Source of the DNA: Mustelus asterias
Taxonomy: Eukaryota
Assembly (NCBI RefSeq): GCF_964213995.1
Contig: NW_027590122.1
Coordinates: 992,001 to 1,056,000 of the forward strand
Length of the DNA: 64,000 bases
Reading direction: 5' to 3'
Shown here: in pieces, positions 38,586 to 48,943 of the stretch
Layout: every line of letters starts with the position of its first letter
Numbering within the stretch: the first letter of the stretch is position 1
Notes under the pieces: generated by a model
Database searches by the model: none
What the model was told of the DNA's origin: nothing
What the model saw: only the letters and a program-made list of their open reading frames with translations
Translations under genes and position numbers: made by a program

Positions 38586-38880
38586 TTATTTGTTTAATGT
38601 TGTCACAAAGAACATAGCATGTATTAATGCTGCAATTAAGTTGTTGTGAAAATCCCCTAGTCGCCATACTCCGACGCCTGTCGCTAAACTGAGGGATAAT
38701 TTAGCATGGTCAAAGCACCTAACCAGCTTGTCTTTCGGACTGTGTTCAGAAACCAGAGCACCCGGAGGAAACTCAAACAGACATGGGGAAAACGTGCAGA
38801 CTCCACACAAACAGTGACCCAAGCTAGCAATCCAACCTGCGTCTCTGGCGCTGTGAGGCATCAGTACTAACCACTGTGCC
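38586..38880 (-). mobile_element. Shark SINE, alternative-tail variant, inserted in a CR1 3' fragment
   Basis: SINE head and central domain, flanked by minus-strand CR1 relics (KVQRNFTRMLPGL). Confidence 0.75.
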
Positions 38881-39729
38881 ATTGTACCTCCAATCAGGTC
38901 CCCCCCCCCCCCCCCCCAGGCTTTTCTGCTGTAATGAAAATAACTCCAGCCTATGCAACCTCTCTTCATGGCCGAAACGATCCAGGCCAGGCAGCATCCT
39001 GGTGAAGTTCCTCTGCACCTTCTGTAGTGCAATCACGTCCATCCTATTGTGTTACGTCCAGAACTGCACACAGTAATCCATCTGTGGCCTCAGAAGTGTT
39101 TTATTTTGCTTCATCATAACATCCCTATTCTTGCATTCAATCTCATTCTCTTCCTTCCAGAATGATTATAAGGTTACTCTTGTCCCCACTTTTCACATCA
39201 CCAGCGTCTGCATTCACTGAATAATCCTCCACTATTTCCAGCAATTCGAGCATGATGCCATGACAAGAAGAATGCGTTTAGAAGAATGGTGGGTGATCTC
39301 ATTGCGGAATGTAAGATGCTAACGGGGATTGACAGAGTGGACATCGAGAGGATATTTCCACGTGTGGGGCAATCTAGAACGAGAAGTCATGGCTAAAGGG
39401 ACAGCAGATTTAGAACAGATGAAGATAAAATTATTTTCTTAAAAGGTTGATAATCTGTGGAATTCTGTATCCCAGAGTGCTGTAAATGGTAGGTCATTGA
39501 GTACATTTAACGCGGATATCGACATTCTTAAAATAAACCTTTTCACAAAATTGATCTCTGTTGGTTTTACATCCCAGAGGACGTCCTCACTTCATATCAC
39601 TCACTCAGAATTTTCATCCATTTCTTTCTCCATTATATCTTTATTTCTCTTCCCTTTGACTGCATCCAGAATCTTCACCTCCCCAATCCTTATGGTAGTG
39701 ATGATAGGAGGGGAACATTGTTATTACCG

Positions 39730-40012
39730 TGGGCGGTAGTGGCACAGTGGTTAGCATTGCTGCCTCACAGCGCCACGGACCTGTGTTCGATTCCCGTTTT
39801 GGGTCACTGTCTGTGTGAAGTTTGCACGTTCTCCCCTTGTCGACGTGGATTTCTTCCTGGTGCCCCGGTTTCCTCCCACAGACTGAAAGATGTGTTGGTT
39901 TGGTGCATTGAACAGAACAGGCACCAGAGTGTGGCGACTAGGGGAATTTCACAGTAACTTCATTGCAGCGTTAATGTAAGCCTTACTTTTCACTAATAGA
40001 TAAACTTCAACT
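39730..40012 (+). mobile_element. Shark SINE, alternative-tail variant
   Basis: Similar to 13423-13705. Confidence 0.8.
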
Positions 40013-41125
40013 TTTAAAAATAAATAATCTAATTTCTAATTATCAAATCAACTCATGATCACCGAGTCCGTGGGCTGAACACACATCCCCATTCTGCTCA
40101 AATCCATCAAATAGACAATCCGCTTTCCCTCACCATTTAGTTCATTTACAATGTGTTGTTTATCTATTTCCCATTCTGGTCTTTTCCAATCGCTGAGGAC
40201 CCAATGTCCGCCGCTATCGACTGCAGGGAATTCTCACCATTATAGAGTAGCGATTTAAATTAGAGCACCCAGAAGAGGTACTGGAAAACCAAAAGCTATT
40301 TCACCTCTCTATCCACGCCCGAGAGATTGGAAATGTTATACGGTCATCATTCAGTTTGATTGCATTCCAATTCACTGCAGTGAGATGTTTCCCTCTTTAA
40401 CAACAGTCCTGATGAGAATCTTGTTTTGTTGACTTCCAGAAACATAGAAAATAGAAGCAGGAGTAGGTCATTTGGCCCTTTGAGCCTGCTCTGCTGTTCA
40501 ATATGATCATGCCTGATCCCTTATCTCAACACCATTCTCCACTGATCTCCCCAAACTCCTTGATGCTTTCAGAGTCTGAATATATCTCAGAAGGAAATAG
40601 ATATATTTCTAATGTTTTGGCTTCCACAGCCTTCTGTGCTGGTGAATTCCACAAGTTCACCACTCTCTGCATGAAGATATTTCTCCTCATCTCACTCCTA
40701 AATGGTCTACCCCATATCATATTTCATATATTATAATCATGTTTGATTTCAGGCATTATCAAGACCATCTTAGTTTTGGATAGTCTTTCATAACCTAAAA
40801 ATAACTCACTAAATTTTCCCTGACTTTTTTTCCTAAATTAACCCAAATTCAAGTAGAAGTATTGTTGTGCAAAATAAATAGTTTTTGACGCTGAGGAACC
40901 ACCTGACTGTTAGTTGTTAGTTTCTTTTTGTTCTGACCATGTGATTATTCCCTTAAACATTCCATTTGGATGTTTGAATCAGCCAATCGTATCAATTTAT
41001 TTTGTCAATTTCAAGTTGAGGAACAATCTCTTAAGATAAAGCAAATGACTGCGGCTGCTGGAATCTGAAACAAAACAGAAAATGCTGGGATCTCAGCCGG
41101 TCTGACAGCATCTGTGGAGACAATA

Positions 41126-41166
41126 GAGCCGACATTTCGAGTCTGGATGACCCTTCATCAGAGCTC
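41126..41166 (-). ncRNA. Minimal type I hammerhead ribozyme candidate
   Basis: GAGCU CUGAUGA A GGGUC AUCCA GACUC GAAA UG UC GGCUC: intact core with paired stems I and II. Confidence 0.6.
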
Positions 41167-41283
41167 AACAATTACATCCAGCCTTGTTGACTTTAAATGG
41201 TGATTTACATCAGCGACATAAACGCTTGCAATCGGTAATATGAGGCTGACTCTGATTGTCATTATTGCTGTTGTTTCTGTTAG

Positions 41284-41587
41284 AATGGACCCTCCAAGAC
41301 AAAGTGGAACAAATGGATCCTGAAATATCGGTTAAAGAGGAAAGTAATGTCACACTAACCTGTACCTTGAAAACAAGCGATTCCAGCCCTCATGTGTACT
41401 GGTACAGTCAGCAGCCCGGGAAAGCTCCAGTGTACATGTTTCAGCTTATAGGTGAGAACGTGCAAAGGAACACCGACCTCAATGATCGGTTTTCTTCCAA
41501 ATTTAATAAAAAGAACACGATTACCGAACTAACGATCAGTAACACACTGATCTACGACAGCGCCGTGTACTTCTGTGCCACGAAGCC
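41284..41587 (+). CDS. TCR alpha/delta-like V exon V5 (open; leader exon not found)
   Basis: Acceptor TTTCTGTTAG at 41283 is shared with V4. Reads WTLQDKVEQ...LTC...WYSQQPG...DSAVYFC. Confidence 0.85.
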
Positions 41588-41627
41588 CACACTGCTGCAG
41601 AGATATAGTGAATGCCGTGCAAAAACC
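41588..41627 (+). other. RSS of V5 (24-nt spacer)
   Basis: CACACTG + 24 nt + GCAAAAACC. Confidence 0.8.
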
Positions 41628-42942
41628 CCAGACTTCCAGTTAGTGCCCAGCAGGGTGCGCTCACACATTATCGCAGGTAATACAGTTTCCACAGAGTGTC
41701 GAAAACTCTTAACATTGCAACAAATGACAACACTCAAAAACAGCAACTGGTGTGGTCCCATTGCAGTTATATTTGTCAATGATCGTAACTGACATGTGCA
41801 ATTGAATTAAGATTGACAAATCGATCTGAGATACATCAACGCCTTCTCTTTGGTTTTCGATGCCTTTCCCTGCCTATTTGTCCCAGACTGTCCTTGTCTG
41901 CTGATTTATGGAAATTGTGTCCCTTTCCCTTCCCCAACCTTTAACGTAAACATTTAAAGTTTTTTCTGTTACCTCGTACATTCATTGAGAACCTCTCCAA
42001 TCCAGCTACTCAGTTATTCGGTCCCACTTTCCATCTACATCACTGATGAAGATCCCGCTTTGTATTGGATCATTTACTAACCCTGACCTTCCTGGTGCGA
42101 GACTGTTGGTCCGCGGTATGGAATGAACATTCAGCTGCCGCTCCTACAGACAGGCAAATTTATATGATTTCCAATGTGATAGTGTTATTGAGTTCAATTC
42201 CTTGCAGATAAATTCTACTTCTCACCACACTGCCTATGGCAGCCACACCCACAGCTTTCCTGTGTGGTTCTCACTTTGACCTGCCTCATCTGTGTTGTTT
42301 TATTAGAGATTTTATTGTAGATATTGACCTTTGCTGCTTTTCCCTGTTTGGCACCGATTGGATCAGCAGTCCAATGGCGTGGCAAGCTATACTTCCACTC
42401 TGAAAGAGGATTTCACAGGCGGCAAAGTTACAAATTGAGGGAAGATCGTATGGAAATATCACAGACTCTTCATTATTCTACCACTTCTTGTGAAGTACAT
42501 GTTTCAACTAAAAATTCATCCTCCCCCGCACTGTAGCTGCTGTCCCAAACATGATCGATAACAAACTGCTTGACATGTTGCTGTAGGGATGAACATTGTC
42601 ATTCTCCATGTCAGAACAGACCCATCAACACTCAGGGGACCGGTCGGTTCATGAAATAACTGTTGAAGAGGAAAATAATCCCCTGCCGTGGGATGGCCAA
42701 CTTCACTTTGTTCCTTCCGTCTCTCCGCCTATGGGGTGAATTGGAGATAAAGGAGCTGTGAGATCATTGGGTGAACTGAAGAACAAAGGAGCTTGAAGCC
42801 GATTGGATGTCATCTGATGATGTTTCCAGCAGTGAACCAATCCACAGGGGCCTGGATATGACTCCGCCTCTTTCAACTCTTGACTGAAACAATGACATCT
42901 CCCACCCGCTCTGGTCAGATCCGCCGCGAGCTCTCTGCAAAC

Positions 42943-43793
42943 ATGTCTCCTGTTACTCGGTATTTATTCCTCACAGCGGCAGCTCTGTTAACCGGTAATT
43001 TCACAAGTTGCTCAAGTCTGTGTTACACATCATTACCACACACTATATTCTGTCAGGCAGTTCCTTCAATGCGAGGGGGAGGGGGTCGGTGATGAGGGAA
43101 CGGATTGATCTCAACATCGAAAAGTTATCCGGATTTCGCTGGTCTCATCACTGGACACTGTTGGGATTGGGCACATTTCCCCCAGGGATTGATAGAGAAT
43201 GAGTTGGGCTCAGATTCCAGCTCCCCTGATACCAGTGAATCACTTTGGCAAACATCACACTTCAAACAGACCGTGAGCAGTTTCCAGTTACAGGGACTGA
43301 AGTCGAGGAACTGATCTCGTTAGAAAGAACAATGTTTATCGTGGAAGTTTTATTGAATCGCCACAAAAACTTCCCAATCCAGCCGCTGAACCTTCTCTCT
43401 CAGATTATTTTTGCCGATAACGGGCGAATTCTGGGGGAAACGGAGTCAAGTCACAATGTTTAATTTAATATTTCTTTGGACTTTTCCAGGACATTCCCGA
43501 GGAGATTCTGTTTCACAGACAGCGGCTGCAGTCACCGTCACTGAAGGAGATGATGTTAGGTTGCTCTGTAATTACACAAGTACAAGCAGCGACCTTTATC
43601 TATTCTGGTACCGTCAGTATCCCAGCGGATCCATGAAGTATTTTCTGCACACAAATAAATACACCGGGAACACAGGGAGATCCAAAGGGGACCGTTTTTC
43701 AGCGGAACTCAATGATACAACCCGCACAGTCCCGCTGAAAGTTTCTAAAACAGAGCTGACAGACTCCGGGGTTTATTACTGCGCACTGAGTCC
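42943..43793 (+). CDS. TCR alpha/delta-like V segment V6 (intact; paralogue of V2)
   Basis: Leader 42943-42994 (MSPVTRYLFLTAAALLT). V exon 43490-43793 with LLC, WYRQYP and DSGVYYC. Confidence 0.92.
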
Positions 43794-43832
43794 CACAGAG
43801 ACACAGAGCTGGGCTGAACCTGCACAAAAACT
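43794..43832 (+). other. 23-RSS of V6
   Basis: CACAGAG + 23 nt + ACAAAAACT. Confidence 0.9.
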
Positions 43833-44869
43833 GCCAAAGCCTCACTCAACACAACAGAGCGTTAGGCAAACATTGTGATCAGAGTGAGTCTGATCTGGAA
43901 CCTGAAATCGTGTTGTTATCTCAAACTTTTAATTCTAATATATATATATGTATTAATAATAAATATATTACCAAACTAAAACAATGGGGGCAGCTTAGGG
44001 AATGAACATTTCACTATTTGTACAGTTTGATGTCCCAAAGTGTTTCCCTGTCACTGTGGAAAACACAGCAGCCAATTTGGACTCAGTGTGACATTTCATT
44101 CAGTAATATTGTAGTGTTCTCTCTGTTTCAGTAATTGTGATTGGTGAACAGATATCAAACAGGACATTTCTCTGCTCTTCTTGGAAACAGTGACCATGTG
44201 ATGTGTCACCTCCAACTGAGAGGGAACACGGTGCCCCCGATTGAACAGGTCACCGAGTGGCTGACAGCTCTGAAGGTGCAGCGTTCCCTGAGCACGGCAC
44301 TGTCCCCTCGGTAAGTTCCCGGATTCTTATTCCTGCCAGACTGCCTGTGTCCTCTGGAGCGGAAAGAATATCTGAACCGACTGGAGACAGAATCCGGGAA
44401 ATCCTAGGAAGTGGTGGCCACTCATTAACCCAATCCGGGAAAGAAACGGATTTAAATTCAAAAAATGAAATTAAAAATAAACTTTTCTGGCCGTGGAAAT
44501 ATGAAGACAATGAATTTAATCTCCAGAAAGAAATTTCAGTCGAAAACAGCAGTAAAGATTTTTATTGATGCCTTTTACAGACTTCCGATGTCCAAAAGCA
44601 CTTTCTAACCCAAGGAAGCTCATTTCCAGTGTCGTGCTGTGGTGATGTTAGAAACTTTATTAACACAGAATACAGTGGGAATGTTTAATTCTCTGTCAGA
44701 CAGGGTTGCCACACTGATCCTGGAGTAAAGAGATTGCGGAGTCCAGGTATTTGAAGGTTACTTTGAACTCTCTCACACACAAGGACACACGCACACACTC
44801 TCCCTCTGTCTCTCGTTGCAAAATCTCTGTCAGAGAGTGTGGCAAAACCTGTGCAAAATCTCACTAACT

Positions 44870-45168
44870 GTCCTGTCTGGAGACAATACACATCTGTTTA
44901 ACCTGTGCTTAATGCTTCCTCCACTCACATTGTCTGTACCTTTAAGACTTGATTAGCTGTAAAGACTCACATTCCAATCATTATTCATGTAAATTGAGTT
45001 TGTGTCTTTGTGCACTGTTTGTGATCAGAACTCCCACCCACCTGACGAAGGGGCAGCGCTCCGAAAGCTCGTGGTTTTTGCTACCAAATAAACCTGTTGA
45101 ACTTTAACCTGGTGTTGTTAGACTTCTTACTGTGTTTACCCCAGTCCAACGCCGGCATCTCCACATCT
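44870..45168 (+). mobile_element. Penelope-like terminal repeat fragment (second type)
   Basis: Hammerhead core followed by AATAAA and CCTGTTGAACTTTAACCTGGTGTTG. Confidence 0.5.
45038..45074 (+). ncRNA. Minimal type I hammerhead ribozyme candidate
   Basis: CCAC CUGACGA A GGGGC AGC GCUCC GAAA GC UC GUGG. Confidence 0.65.
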
Positions 45169-46730
45169 TGTCTAGGTCACCAGAGGAACAGATTGCGAAA
45201 TCATGAGACATATCTTTATGGCGCAATGCATGCAGTTAACCTCCAAATCTACTTCAGAGCAGCGGTAATGCAAGCTCCCAGATGTAGAGATCATGTAGCC
45301 AAAAATTACTGTTATATCATCTTCCAGGGCCGTTAACTGAGATTGCGCCAGCAATTCCTAGAACCAAACATTGGATGTGTCAAAGTCTGCTGTAGTTATG
45401 AATGCTTGGATTGCTCAATAATAATTTCAACACAGACTCACCTCGTTAAAAAGGCTGTATTATCCGACAGTACCACGCACCACTTCCTGAATCAGTCGCT
45501 AATCAGCCATGCTAAACTCTCCCTCAGTGTACCCGAACAGGCGCCGGAGTGTGGCAACGAGGGGATTTCCACAGTAACTTCATTGCAGTGTTTATATAAG
45601 CTTACTTGCTACACTAATGAATAGACTGAAGCACTGAACTTCTGATCTAACCAATGACAGAAATCGACCAGCGGCAGCAATGTCTCGAAAAGCACAATGG
45701 TGTTAGAATGAAAAGCAGCAACCGGAAACTGTGGCCGGGGTCACCGCAGACTCAAAGCTGATGGAAGTGCGGAGTTCTCAGCGGCAGTCGCAGGTGATGG
45801 AGAGGAAATAGCGGCGGCTGAACCTGCAGCAGTCTGTGACTAGCCTGCATCTGCTGACTGCTCAAGTGACTGAGAAAAAATAGTGACGGACGGGCGCGAA
45901 TGGATCAGAAACAATTGACTCTCCCTGTGGCTCAATGAAAGATCTTTCCCAATTGCTCTTCTCACCCCGCATTCCACGAGTTGTTTTCCGTTCTCAAGGT
46001 CTGGCAATGCCTTTTTGAAATTTACTATTGAATGCTCTTCCTTTATAGTTTGTGGCGCTCTACTCCAGATGGTAACAAGTGGCAGTGCAATGAATAACAT
46101 TTATCGATCCCTGTCCACTTTTCTGTGAAAATGGGATGACTTGGTCGTTTATTTATCGAACAGGTGTATTGCTGTCTTTGTTCGTTCAAGTCAACAGCGA
46201 ACCGGTCCGAGAGACCTTGGGACCTATCTCAATGTCTGGCCCTCTACCACTTCATTAAATATCCCATAACTTACCCGGAATACTGCTCTGTCTAGATAGG
46301 TACAGAAAGCTTTCAGATATGGAGTGACTGTCCCTTAGCACTCCTGACTGGTCTTTCAGAGCGTTCAACTCCGATGGAGTCTGGGAAACTCAATGTCTGT
46401 CACTCGTCCCTGCAGCCGAACTTAGAATGTGTCACAGACTGGAATGGGATTTATCACAGGAAATAGACAAGGATCCTTTTAATATTGACTCACCGAATAC
46501 CACGATTATTCCAATTTGGAAGCACCATGGAACATGCGCTGCCCGGATGACATTTCCACAGAAAATAACCCAATTTAAATGTATTTTATCCGTTCTGTTT
46601 TGATTTTAAAGAGTAAACCCAAATCGGCAACAGATCTCACTGATCGGGTGACTGCGGCGCGTATCCAAGGGAGAGAGTGATTAAAAGCCCAGCTCTCTGC
46701 ACAGGCTCCACTTTCTGGATGATCGCGGCA

Positions 46731-46769
46731 GGTTTTTGTACGGCCCTGTACGGTCTTTGCTACATTGTG
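46731..46769 (-). other. 23-RSS of V7
   Basis: CACAATG + 23 nt + ACAAAAACC. Confidence 0.92.
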
Positions 46770-47272
46770 CCTCCATTGCACAGAAATAGGTGGCGGTGTC
46801 TGTCAGCCGAGCTTCACGAACATTCAGAACGCTGTGGTTCTCTGAGAAAGTATGCCGAGCCGTGATCCTGCCCTGATCGCTGGTACCGGTCACCAGGTGC
46901 TGCACGGTTCTGTCTAGATTTTGTCTGTACCATTGAAGGACCTCTCCAGCTACTGTGGTTGAACAGTTCAACGATGCAGTGGCTTCCTCGGTAACAACCA
47001 CTGACTCCGGAGACTGTGATAGCTCTTCACTGCCAGCGGCATCTGGGAAGAATATGTACATTTGCAGTAAGAACATATCGTACTATAATGTAGCACAATA
47101 AAGTACAATTGTATTCACAATTCGAGATGATATAATAAAGCTGAGTACAATTTAACAGAACCTAACATTGCTGAGGTGTGAAATATTCCTGTCAGAAATA
47201 GTGACCACACTTACACTGAGGAAACAGTAATAAATCCAGGAAAATAATCACCAAAGTGAAGGTCAGAAACAT
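46770..47272 (-). CDS. TCR alpha/delta-like V segment V7 (intact; paralogue of V1)
   Basis: Leader 47272-47215 (MFLTFTLVIIFLDLLLFPQ). V exon 47042-46770 with LNC, WYRQ and DTATYFC. Confidence 0.92.
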
Positions 47273-47500
47273 GTTGGATCCTATCGGCTTGTGTGAAACA
47301 GCTGTCAGCAGATCCCAGGCTGAGAGAAGCTCCTGGGAAAGCAACGCTATTGGATATCAAACCGAACCCCAAACCAGTCACAGAGTGGCGGTGAGAGCCG
47401 GGTCGCTGGGACTTGTGATCACAAAGTGAATCAGTGAAGGAGCTTCAGAATTGATAGTGCGGGGGAGGAGAGTGCGCATGCGACAGAACATCCGGTATTG

Positions 47501-47978
47501 TGACGTCAGAACATCCGGCATTCTGACGTCAGAGCATCCGTGGCATTGGAAACTCATAGAATCATAGAATGTTTACAGTGCAGAAGGAGACCATTCGGCC
47601 CATTGAACCCGCACCGACCACAGTCCCACCCAGGCCCTCTCCCTGTAACCTCACATCTTTACCCCGCGAATCCCCCTGACATGAGGAGGCAATTCAACAT
47701 GGCTAGTCAACCTAACCCGCACATCTTTGGACTGTGAGAGGAAACCACAGCACCCGGAGGAAACCCGCGCAGACACGGGGAGAACATCCAAACTCCAGAC
47801 AGACAGTGACCCGAGGCTGGAATCGAACCCGTGTCCCTGGCGCTGTGAGGCAGCTGTGCTAACCACTGTGGCACCGTGCCGCCCAACGTCAGACGTCAGA
47901 ATGCGGAATGTGTGGCGTCAGAATGTGTGACGTCACCTATAGCCCATGTGACGTCACTATGTAGTGCGAGTGACGTCA
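47501..47978 (-). promoter_or_regulatory. CRE minisatellite upstream of V7, split by a SINE
   Basis: TGACGTCA at 47501, 47524, 47928, 47949 and 47971. Confidence 0.7.
47555..47885 (-). mobile_element. Shark SINE with CR1-type tail
   Basis: Full head GGGCGGCACGGTG through to the tail on the minus strand. Confidence 0.85.
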
Positions 47979-48154
47979 GTGGGTCTGGTCTGAGGGTCAG
48001 AAACATTTCTCCTGGAGCTGATCTGAATATTCAGCCCTGAGTTGATGGGAATTAACAGCTGATCAGAAACATCTCTCCCGAAGCTGATGTGAATATCCAG
48101 CTCTGAGGTTGCAGAATAAAGATCTAATCAGAAGCAGGGAGGTCCTGCGTTCAT

Positions 48155-48229
48155 GTCGGTGAGTCGCTCAAGGCACAACGCGTCTGATTATGGATCAGAA
48201 GGTTTCAAGTTCGATTTCTGCCTGGCTCG
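48155..48229 (+). pseudogene. tRNA-Arg(ACG)-derived pseudogene
   Basis: AACGCGTCTGATTATGGATCAGAAG...GTTCGA...CTGGCTCG aligns to tRNA-Arg(ACG), with a CpG-type change in the anticodon. Confidence 0.7.
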
Positions 48230-48269
48230 ATGTAAACTTGACGGTAGTTCAAGCTCTCTGTTGTTCACA

Positions 48270-48337
48270 GTTTCTGTAATTGTCATCACATTCGCTTCAC
48301 ACGCGAAAGGTCCCCGGTTCGAAACCGGGCAGATACA
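48270..48337 (+). pseudogene. tRNA-Val(CAC) pseudogene with a D-arm deletion
   Basis: The 3' half CACACGCGAAAGGTCCCCGGTTCGAAACCGGGC is intact; the A box is deleted. Confidence 0.8.
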
Positions 48338-48399
48338 TTATTAAACGTTCTCAGTTAGGTTGCGGGAAGTCTGCATGATTTCAATTTTTTATGGGCCAA

Positions 48400-48722
48400 A
48401 TGGTGGCACAATGATTATCACTGATGCCTCACAGCGCCAGGGACCCGGGTTCAATTCCGGCATTGGCTCACTGTCTGTGTGGAGTGTGCATGTTCTCCCC
48501 GTGTCTGCGTGGGTTTACTCTGAGTGCTCCGGTTTCCTCCCACAGTCCAAAGATGTGCGGGTTGGGTGGATTTGCCATGATAAATTGCCTCTTAGTGTCA
48601 GGAGGACTAGCCAGGGTAAATGCATGGAGTTCAGGGGATAGGGCCTGGGTGGGATTGTTGCCGGTGCAGAATCGATGGGCCGAATGGCCTCCTTCTGCAC
48701 GGTAGGGATTCTGTTTTCTATC
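48400..48722 (+). mobile_element. Shark SINE with CR1-type tail
   Basis: Head, central domain and tail are present. Partial copies at about 49205-49388 and 59000-59248. Confidence 0.8.
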
Positions 48723-48913
48723 GATAGGCTGAGTTGATGATGGAACTGTCGGTCTGATCATATTCTGCTGCCTGTTTTCTCAGCCACTGCTGGAAACAGG
48801 TGCGTGACAGTTTGATGCAATGTTAATTTGGTTTCTCTCGGTGTTTGTTTGAGCGGCTGACAGCGCCGGTCCTCAATGTGGCTGCAACTGTCCACGAGTC
48901 TAACCGCTGCAAA

Positions 48914-48943
48914 CTTCTCGGGTTTTTGGCTAAGACTAAGCGT
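48914..48943 (+). ncRNA. U2 snRNA 5' fragment (pseudogene)
   Basis: CTTCTCGGGTTTTTGGCTAAGACTAAGCGT versus U2 CTTCTCGGCCTTTTGGCTAAGATCAAGTGT (25 of 30 identical). Confidence 0.6.
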
